Notes under the pieces: model-generated
The model's database searches: none
Seen by the model: only the letters and a program-made list of their open reading frames with translations
What the model was told of the DNA's origin: nothing
Shown here: piece by piece, positions 57,430 through 64,000 of the stretch
How positions within the stretch are numbered: the first letter of the stretch is position 1
How the letters are laid out: each line of letters starts with the position of its first letter
Translations under genes and position numbers: made by a program
NCBI GenBank assembly: GCA_001818495.1
Contig: MHKS01000005.1
Span: 250,038-314,037 of the forward strand
Direction: 5' to 3'
DNA length: 64,000 bases
From: Candidatus Komeilibacteria bacterium RIFOXYD1_FULL_37_29
GTDB taxonomy: Bacteria; Patescibacteriota; Patescibacteriia; UBA1558; GWA2-36-10

Positions 57430-58707
57430 ATGTTAGCCAAACTACAACAAATTTTCAAGGCTAAGGATATTAGAAACAATATTCTCTTTGTTTTGGCTCT
57501 CTTGATAGTATTTAGAATAGCCGCTCATATTCCAGTACCAGGAGTTAATGTCATGGATTTGCAGGCATATTTTTCTGGCAATCAGGTTTTAGGATTGTTG
57601 GATTTATTTTCCGGCGGGGCCATGCAAAATTTTTCTATTGTAATGTTGGGAGTTGGTCCTTATATCACTGCTTCCATTATTTTTCAATTATTGGTCATGA
57701 TTGTCCCAAAACTAGAAGCTATGTCTAAAGAGGGAGAATACGGTCGTCAAAAAATCAATCAATATACTAGAATCGCTACTGTGCCCTTGGCCATAATCCA
57801 GGGTTACAGCTTTCTTAAACTTTTATCCAATCAGACTAATGGTCAGTTATTAGCCAATATTACTTCTATGCAACTTATTGCCACTTTACTGATAGTGACC
57901 GCCGGTACTATATTTTTGATGTGGATTGGAGAACTTATTAGCGAACGTCATATTGGAAATGGTGTATCACTTATTATCTTTGCTGGTATTGTCAGCGGTT
58001 TGCCCCAGTCAATTAGAAATACTTTTATATCAGTGGATAATACTATGGTATTAAATTTGGTAATATTTGCCGTGATTGCTTTAATTACCATTGCCGCCAT
58101 TGTGCTTATTACTGAAGGTACTAGAAATATCCCAGTTTCTTATGCTCGGCATGTGGTGGGACAGAAAAATCTGGGTGGAGTCAAAACTCATTTACCACTT
58201 CGTGTTAATCAAGCCGGAGTAATTCCAATTATCTTTGCTATTTCAGTGATTATTTTTCCACCAATGGTAGCCCAGTTTTTTATCCGTTCGCAAGTAAATT
58301 GGATTGCTGATTCTTCCCAATGGATTATTGATATTTTTGCCAATCAAACTTTTTATGCTATTTTTTATTTTTTAATGGTAGTATTTTTTACCTATTTTTA
58401 CACTTCCGTCATTTTCAAACCAACAGAAATAGCTGAAAATCTTCAAAAACAAGGAGGCTTTATTCCAGGCATTAGACCAGGTAAAAATACTTCGGATTAT
58501 TTAAATTTTACTATGAACCGAGTGGTTTTTGCTGGAGCAGTATTTTTGGGTCTCGTCGCCATATTACCGCTTATCGTTGGTCCGGTGACTGGTATTGCTA
58601 CTATCAATATTGGTGGTACTAGTCTGCTCATTACCGTAGCCGTGGTTATTGAAACAGTCAAACAAATTGATGCCCAATTAGTTATGAGAGACTACGAAGG
58701 ATTTTAA
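57430..58707 (+). CDS. secY: Preprotein translocase subunit SecY
   Basis: 10-TM pattern, ...GEGYGRQKINQYTR..., operon position. Confidence 0.95.
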   Translation: MLAKLQQIFKAKDIRNNILFVLALLIVFRIAAHIPVPGVNVMDLQAYFSGNQVLGLLDLFSGGAMQNFSIVMLGVGPYITASIIFQLLVMIVPKLEAMSKEGEYGRQKINQYTRIATVPLAIIQGYSFLKLLSNQTNGQLLANITSMQLIATLLIVTAGTIFLMWIGELISERHIGNGVSLIIFAGIVSGLPQSIRNTFISVDNTMVLNLVIFAVIALITIAAIVLITEGTRNIPVSYARHVVGQKNLGGVKTHLPLRVNQAGVIPIIFAISVIIFPPMVAQFFIRSQVNWIADSSQWIIDIFANQTFYAIFYFLMVVFFTYFYTSVIFKPTEIAENLQKQGGFIPGIRPGKNTSDYLNFTMNRVVFAGAVFLGLVAILPLIVGPVTGIATINIGGTSLLITVAVVIETVKQIDAQLVMRDYEGF

Positions 58708-58814
58708 TTTTTACATTTATTTTTAATCAAAACCCCTTCCAAAATATCTCTGGCGGGGGTTTTGATTTTAAGTAGTTAATTTGCTATAATCTTATTGACA
58801 ATATAAGGAATAAT

Positions 58815-59465
58815 ATGGCACAACAAATGAAAAGAATAGTACTTTTAGGGCCACAAGCTTCTGGCAAAAGTACTCAATCTAAAGTCATTACGGATTTTTT
58901 AAAAATACCCCTGGTTTCAGCTAGTCATAGTTTACGTAAGATGATAGGGCGTGGTACTGTTTTGGGTAAAAAAATCAAAGAACTGATGGACCAAGGGTCC
59001 TTGGTGCCAGATGATCAGATGATCAGTTTGATTTTGGGAGAGTTGGGCAGTGAATATTGTCTGAATGGTTATTTATTAGATGGTTTTCCTAGAAATATAC
59101 GTCAAGCTCAAGTTTTGGATAGCAGTTGTGGGGTAGATAAGGTTTTTAATATTGAAATATCTGATGAAGAGGCTATTAAGCGCATGGCTGGTAGGCGGAT
59201 GTGTTCCAATGGTCATGTTTTTCATATTAAGTTTAAGCCTTCTGGCAAAGGGGATATTTGTGATATCTGTGACCAAGAGCTTTATCAGCGTGAAGATGAT
59301 AAGGAAGAAATAGTTAAAAAAAGATTGGGTATTTATCGAAGAGACACTTCCAAGTTATTGGATTATTATGATAAGCAAAATAAATTAGTCAGTTTTGATG
59401 GGGAAAAAGATATTAGTGAAGTTTCAGAGGATATTTTAAATTATTTAAAAGCCAATGTTGGATAA
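58815..59465 (+). CDS. adk: Adenylate kinase (zinc-lid form)
   Basis: LLGPQASGKSTQ P-loop. Lid CSNGHVFHIKF...CDICD. Confidence 0.93.
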   Translation: MAQQMKRIVLLGPQASGKSTQSKVITDFLKIPLVSASHSLRKMIGRGTVLGKKIKELMDQGSLVPDDQMISLILGELGSEYCLNGYLLDGFPRNIRQAQVLDSSCGVDKVFNIEISDEEAIKRMAGRRMCSNGHVFHIKFKPSGKGDICDICDQELYQREDDKEEIVKKRLGIYRRDTSKLLDYYDKQNKLVSFDGEKDISEVSEDILNYLKANVG

Positions 59466-60201
59466 AAAAACTCCCGAGGAAATCAAAATTTTAAGAGAAG
59501 GCGGTAAAAAACTAGGTCAGATTTTGCGTCAGCTTGTTGAAGAGACAGTAGTGGGAAATACCGGTCGAAAATTAAATGACCGGGCGGAAAAATTAATCAA
59601 ACAAGCTGGTGGTGTTCCATCTTTTAAGAATTATCAAGGTTTTCCAGCGGCTTTATGTGTATCGATAAATGATGTGGTAGTGCATGGCATACCGACCGAT
59701 GAATCTTTTCAAGAAGGTGATCTAGTAGGGCTTGATTTGGGTATGCAATACAAAGGCCTTTATACCGATACAGCTATTACCGTAGGGGTTGGTCGGATCA
59801 GTTCAGCCGCTGAAAAGCTTCTTTTTGCTACTAAAAAGTCTTTAGATTTAGCCATTTCTCAACTTAAAGTCGGTGGCTATATTTCTGATATTGGTCAAAC
59901 TATTGAGCAATTTATCAAGCCTTATGGCTATGGGATAGTCAGAGATTTAGCTGGTCATGGTGTTGGTCGGCAGGTGCACGAAAATCCTAGTATCCCCAAT
60001 TATTACATTGGCCGAAATTCAGTAAAAATATTTGATGGTATGGTCATTGCTATTGAGCCAATGTTGATTATAAATAACAATTGGAGAATAAAGATCAAAA
60101 ATAATAAATGGGATGTTGTTTCTCAAGACGGCAGTTTAACCGCTCATTTTGAACATTCGGTCGCTATTACTCAGGATGGGCCAATTATTTTGACAGAATA
60201 A
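59455..60201 (+). CDS. map: Methionine aminopeptidase type I
   Basis: Pita-bread fold motifs VVHGIP, GHGVGR, FTIEP-like. Confidence 0.9.
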   Translation: MLDKKTPEEIKILREGGKKLGQILRQLVEETVVGNTGRKLNDRAEKLIKQAGGVPSFKNYQGFPAALCVSINDVVVHGIPTDESFQEGDLVGLDLGMQYKGLYTDTAITVGVGRISSAAEKLLFATKKSLDLAISQLKVGGYISDIGQTIEQFIKPYGYGIVRDLAGHGVGRQVHENPSIPNYYIGRNSVKIFDGMVIAIEPMLIINNNWRIKIKNNKWDVVSQDGSLTAHFEHSVAITQDGPIILTE

Positions 60202-60207
60202 ATAATC

Positions 60208-60594
60208 ATGACGAAGAAAAAATTTTTAGGCATTGATTTTGGAGATAAAAGAGTCGGTTTGGCTTTGGCAGAGGACAAAGGACCGGCTCTGCCTTTTAAA
60301 GTGATTCCCAATGATTCCAAATTAGTGGCTTCTTTACAAGAGATTATCAAGCAAGAAAATATCACCGCTGTAGTGGTAGGCTTACCACATAGTTTTTCTG
60401 GCCAAGAAAATGAGCGAATGTTTTTGACTAAAAAATTTGTCGAAATATTACAGCATAATTTGAGTATAGAAGTCTATACTATTGATGAACAATTTACTTC
60501 TAAGCTTTATGAGAAAATGGGTGTGACTAAAGATTTAGACAAACATGCCGCTACCGCTATTTTAGATACTTATTTGATTAAAAATGATTTTTAA
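60208..60594 (+). CDS. ruvX: Putative pre-16S rRNA nuclease / Holliday-junction resolvase-like YqgF (RuvX)
   Basis: KFLGIDFGDKRVGLALAE..., RNase H-like. 128 aa. Confidence 0.8.
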   Translation: MTKKKFLGIDFGDKRVGLALAEDKGPALPFKVIPNDSKLVASLQEIIKQENITAVVVGLPHSFSGQENERMFLTKKFVEILQHNLSIEVYTIDEQFTSKLYEKMGVTKDLDKHAATAILDTYLIKNDF

Positions 60595-61654
60595 TATTCC
60601 CAAATTTATTTTTGTTTTTATCTTGGCTCTAGTTTTATCTGGGGTCTTGGTAAAATTGGTCATGATTTTAGCGCGCCGTTTAAAGATTTTAGATTATCCC
60701 AATACTGATCGAAAGATTCATCAAAAACCCATACCGCTTTTAGGGGGCTTGGCTATCTACGGAGCTTTCTTACTAACGGTGTTTATTTTATGGCAACAGA
60801 AGCTACTACTAGATGGCCGAGTAGATTTGTCTATCATTGTCTGGTTTTTGCTAGCAGGCCTGGTTTTAATGATTAATGGCTATTTGGATGATAAATACTC
60901 CTTAGCCCCTAAAATAAGCATTGGGGGGCCTATTTTGGCCTCTCTGATAGTGATTGTCGGGGGTTTAAAGATTGCGTACATTACTAATCCGAGTGGTGGG
61001 GTATTATATCTAGATGGTTTGTTTAATTGGGATTTTATTGGGTTGGCTATTACATTTTTGTGGCTGATGGGGATTACTTATACTACCAAACTTTTAGATG
61101 GTATTGACGGCCTGACTTCCAGTATTGGACTGATTGCTAGCTTGGTTATCTTTGGCGTTAGTATGAGTTGGGATGTAGCTGGCTCAAGTACTTCTCTTTT
61201 ATCTTTAGCTTTGGCTGGTTCTATTCTTGGTTTTTTGATTTTTAATTGGCATCCCGCTAAGATATTTTTGGGAGAAGCTGGTAGTACATTTATTGGTTTT
61301 GCTCTCGGTGTTTTATCGATTATTTCTGGTTCTAAAATAGCTACAGCTCTTTTAGTTATGGGGCTACCGGTTTTGGATATTTTTTGGGTAATTATAAAAA
61401 GAATTAAGCGCGGTCAGGTTTTTTGGCATAGCGATCAGGAACACTTACATTTTCGACTGTTAAAAAGCGGGTTTTCCCAAAAACAGATTGTTTTATTTCT
61501 CAGCGCCGTTTCTTTGTCATTTGGAATAATTTCCATATTCTTTACTACTAAAATTAAAATCAGTGCTTTACTTATTGTAATAATTTTAATGATTATATTA
61601 AGTAGTTGGATAAATTATCGTTTAAGAGAACAAGATGAAAAAACAAAAATTTAA
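60584..61654 (+). CDS. Glycosyltransferase family 4 polyprenyl-phosphate sugar-1-phosphate transferase (MraY/WecA family)
   Basis: YLDDKYSL (DDxxD). Cytoplasmic loop IHQKPIPLLGGLAIYGAF. Ten or more TM segments. Confidence 0.75.
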   Translation: MIFNIPKFIFVFILALVLSGVLVKLVMILARRLKILDYPNTDRKIHQKPIPLLGGLAIYGAFLLTVFILWQQKLLLDGRVDLSIIVWFLLAGLVLMINGYLDDKYSLAPKISIGGPILASLIVIVGGLKIAYITNPSGGVLYLDGLFNWDFIGLAITFLWLMGITYTTKLLDGIDGLTSSIGLIASLVIFGVSMSWDVAGSSTSLLSLALAGSILGFLIFNWHPAKIFLGEAGSTFIGFALGVLSIISGSKIATALLVMGLPVLDIFWVIIKRIKRGQVFWHSDQEHLHFRLLKSGFSQKQIVLFLSAVSLSFGIISIFFTTKIKISALLIVIILMIILSSWINYRLREQDEKTKI

Positions 61655-62099
61655 ATTAGTTATCTTGATAGCCGTCTTGGGCCTATTGACTATTGCTTAT
61701 TACAGTTTTGCTTATTTTAATAATAAGCCAACGGTGACTATCAATGGCCATGTCTTTGAGGTTGATGTGGCCGAAGAGGCTGATGATATAGAAAGAGGTT
61801 TGTCTGGGCGTAAAGATTTGGCTGATGACCAGGCTATGCTTTTTATTTTTCCTAGGAAGCAGGAATTAGCTTTTTGGATGCATGGCATGAATTTTAATGT
61901 TGATCTTTTATGGATAGATGGTAATAAGGTATTAGATTATGAAAAAAATATGCCAGCTCCAGGTGATAATACAGCCATTAGAGATTTGCCTAGATTTTTT
62001 CCGTCTCAGCCAGTTGATAAGGTTTTGGAAATAAAAGCCGGGCTGATTGATTTATTGGGTATAAAAATAGGGGACTCAGTTGATATAAATATTGACTAG
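61635..62099 (+). CDS. DUF192-domain secreted protein
   Basis: N-terminal signal. DUF192 pattern VDVAEEADDIERGLSGRKDL...AMLFIF...AFWMHGMNFNVDLLWID...LEIKAG. Confidence 0.65.
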   Translation: MKKQKFKLVILIAVLGLLTIAYYSFAYFNNKPTVTINGHVFEVDVAEEADDIERGLSGRKDLADDQAMLFIFPRKQELAFWMHGMNFNVDLLWIDGNKVLDYEKNMPAPGDNTAIRDLPRFFPSQPVDKVLEIKAGLIDLLGIKIGDSVDINID

Positions 62100-62448
62100 T
62101 GTTAATTTATCAGGTAAGAGGTTTAAATATATGACAGCAGAGCGTTGGCAGGAGATAAAATTTCATATTAAGGAAAATTTTGGCATAGAAGACGAGTATG
62201 AAGAAGATTTAGATCCGGGGTTGGCTGAAGTTATACAATTTACCGGACCGCGGGGAAAAATGTTGGCCCGTTTTGTTACTCGGCCAAAATTATTGGATAA
62301 AAAGACTAGTTTTTCCAATCGAGTTGGCTCAAATGTCAAGGTGGATTATGTTTATTCGCCTGATGAGACAGCCTCTCATGTGGAAATGTATAGTTGGTCA
62401 GAACAGAAAGATGATTGGGTAAAACTGGATTCGGAGTCTTTATTGTAA
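62092..62448 (+). CDS. Hypothetical protein
   Basis: ORF only. Translationally coupled to neighbours. Confidence 0.4.
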   Translation: MTSVNLSGKRFKYMTAERWQEIKFHIKENFGIEDEYEEDLDPGLAEVIQFTGPRGKMLARFVTRPKLLDKKTSFSNRVGSNVKVDYVYSPDETASHVEMYSWSEQKDDWVKLDSESLL

Positions 62449-62461
62449 GTATTTAATAAGT

Positions 62462-62872
62462 ATGCAACAGACAAAACGTGTTTTAATGTTGATCCTAGCT
62501 TTTGCGGGGCTTGGTTTAGTGGCTGTATTTTTTACTCATGAAGCAGCTAAGCCGAGTGAATTAGTTTCTATGGAAAATTATGTTATTCATGTCGAACCGT
62601 GGATTAGTCAAGCCCACCGCGATCAATCTCTGGCCAATATAACAGTCGTAAGAGATAATTTTTTAAATTTTAAAGGTTCTGATCATTCTATGGGGGCAAC
62701 CCATCTAGCTCTATTTTTAGCTTTTGATGCTTGGCAGAGATTTTTAATAACTGGTGATAATAATAATATAAATCAGTCCCTCAAACATTTTTCTGTAGCC
62801 AAGGATTTGTTACCGGAACTGAGAGTAGAAATAGAAAATTTGGAAAATTTATTAAGACAAAAAAATGCTTAA
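62462..62872 (+). CDS. Hypothetical protein with an N-terminal signal/TM
   Basis: ORF only. Confidence 0.4.
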   Translation: MQQTKRVLMLILAFAGLGLVAVFFTHEAAKPSELVSMENYVIHVEPWISQAHRDQSLANITVVRDNFLNFKGSDHSMGATHLALFLAFDAWQRFLITGDNNNINQSLKHFSVAKDLLPELRVEIENLENLLRQKNA

Positions 62873-63590
62873 ATACTTAACAATTTTTATCAGCTCACTG
62901 TTACTGCTAGCTGGATTTTGGTCTTTATTTTATAGTCAAAAAAATATACATTATTGGTTAGTGGCCATAGCGGTGGCGGTGATTTTATTGTCTGGGCGTA
63001 TTTTATCCCGAAATAGATTTTTTCGTTTTAAGATATTGTGGCTCAATCTTATTTTTGTTTACATATCTCAGTTATTATTTCTTTTACTCTTGATTTCTGA
63101 AGAATGGCGATATCTTTTATCTCTGGTTTTGTCTTTATTATGGATGTTGATTTGGTGGCTCTTGGCCAAGTATTTTGAAAATATAGATAATATAGAAAAT
63201 AGCAATTATTTGGTAGTTAATAAGTTTTTTTATTATTTAGCTTTTTGGTTTTTAGCCACTAGTTTGTATTCCTTAGTTATTTTTATACACTTTCCCTTGC
63301 TTTATGCTTATTTGATCTGTATTGTTTTTACATTTTTTTGGTTAGTTGATATTGTCCGATATCAGGATAATTTTAGTTGGGTTAATCTAATTTTTTCCCT
63401 ATTTATTTTAAGCCAAATTTTGGTGGCAGTTTATTTATTGCCAGTTAGTTTTTATGTGGCTGGTACTATTGCAACTTTATGGTTTTTCTTTATAATAGAT
63501 AATACGGCCAATACTTTGAGGTCTTTTAAGCTATACTTAGGCCTATTTTTATTGATAACGATACTTTTATTAACTACTTCTATAATATAA
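62865..63590 (+). CDS. Hypothetical polytopic membrane protein
   Basis: Six or more hydrophobic helices. Confidence 0.45.
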   Translation: MLKYLTIFISSLLLLAGFWSLFYSQKNIHYWLVAIAVAVILLSGRILSRNRFFRFKILWLNLIFVYISQLLFLLLLISEEWRYLLSLVLSLLWMLIWWLLAKYFENIDNIENSNYLVVNKFFYYLAFWFLATSLYSLVIFIHFPLLYAYLICIVFTFFWLVDIVRYQDNFSWVNLIFSLFILSQILVAVYLLPVSFYVAGTIATLWFFFIIDNTANTLRSFKLYLGLFLLITILLLTTSII

Positions 63591-63655
63591 TAAAATATAC
63601 GTGCTCGGTTAGAAATTTGTGGTAATAACCGGGCTAACAATTAATTTGATACTTT

Positions 63656-64000
63656 ATGCTTGATAATAAAATTTCTAATAGGACAGAAGATAGACACAAA
63701 CATTTTGAAAGGCCCACTACACAGCGGCCACCGTCCATGTTTAACCTGACTTTATGGGCTATTTTTGTCAGTCTAGCGGCTGGTTTTGGGGGTTATTTAT
63801 TGGCCAATTATATACTGCCGAGCAGTAATACCAATTATTTTAGCGTCGATAATTTAGGTCGAAATATCAATGTTGATATTGATCAACCTATGGTAGATAT
63901 TGGTAATCAACATCAAAAAAGCATAGCGGGAGTTTATAAAAAAGTAGCTACGGCTACTAGTATTGGCCAGACTATTTTTTCCCAAGAAGATTTTTTGGGA
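63656..64000 (+). CDS. Hypothetical protein, 3'-truncated by the window end (N-terminal TM after a roughly 30-aa cytoplasmic segment)
   Basis: ATG at 63656 and open to the window end. MLDNKISNRTEDRHKHFERP...LWAIFVSLAAGFGGYLLANYIL. Confidence 0.4.
   Translation, partial: MLDNKISNRTEDRHKHFERPTTQRPPSMFNLTLWAIFVSLAAGFGGYLLANYILPSSNTNYFSVDNLGRNINVDIDQPMVDIGNQHQKSIAGVYKKVATATSIGQTIFSQEDFLG

Overview
This window is a 64 kb, AT-rich, densely coding chromosomal segment read with the standard genetic code. By inference it comes from a Candidate Phyla Radiation (Patescibacteria)-type bacterium. The signs are: an N-terminal T4SS-pilin-like (PF18895-type) anchor on a giant surface protein, thrombospondin-type-3 repeat membrane proteins, no L30 gene between rpsE and rplO, ComEC split into two ORFs, and ribosomal proteins with extensions.

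Layout, left to right:
(i) 1-10.8 kb: a roughly 3600-aa multidomain surface protein, cut off at the 5' edge of the window. It has a pilin-like TM anchor, TIG-like repeats, Cys-rich CGDG repeats, a vWA domain and Ig-like He_PIG repeats.
(ii) 10.8-16.7 kb: two TSP3-repeat membrane proteins, ybeY, dgkA, ftsA, ftsZ, nrdR.
(iii) 16.7-19.4 kb: a cobalamin riboswitch with an intrinsic terminator, followed by a secreted transcobalamin-like protein (alpha/alpha toroid repeats plus a DUF4430 beta-domain).
(iv) 19.4-25.5 kb: a tRNA-Ser hotspot carrying two 84-bp tandem repeats and a 349-bp GIY-YIG mini-element with 16-bp TIRs and a 16-bp duplication of the tRNA 3' end. After it comes a defense island: Type III R-M mod/res and a Shedu/DUF4263-like nuclease.
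(v) 26.4-33.65 kb: a roughly 7 kb cassette bounded by about 250 bp direct repeats that duplicate a promoter and the 5' end of a small membrane-protein gene. The cassette encodes a NodU/CmcH carbamoyltransferase, a SAM methyltransferase, a T4 beta-glucosyl-HMC-transferase-like protein, a Kdo/RIO-like kinase, a ThyA-family enzyme carrying the Asn-to-Asp change diagnostic of dCMP (not dUMP) specificity, a P-loop dNMP-kinase-like protein and a dCMP deaminase. Together these look like a T4-like 5-hydroxymethylcytosine glycosylation/hypermodification system in a cellular genome. It is the most interesting candidate in the window.
(vi) 33.8-40.6 kb: prfB, split comEC, a GC-rich 33-aa orphan ORF with strong expression signals, a response regulator, ndk, rpmB.
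(vii) 40.6-60.2 kb: rpsL-rpsG-fusA, a GC-rich foreign-looking insertion, tuf, then the S10-spc-secY-adk-map block. Notable here are an unusual 330-bp S10-L3 gap, a zinc-ribbon L24, and no L30.
(viii) 60.2-64 kb: ruvX, MraY/WecA-like GT4, DUF192 and membrane proteins.
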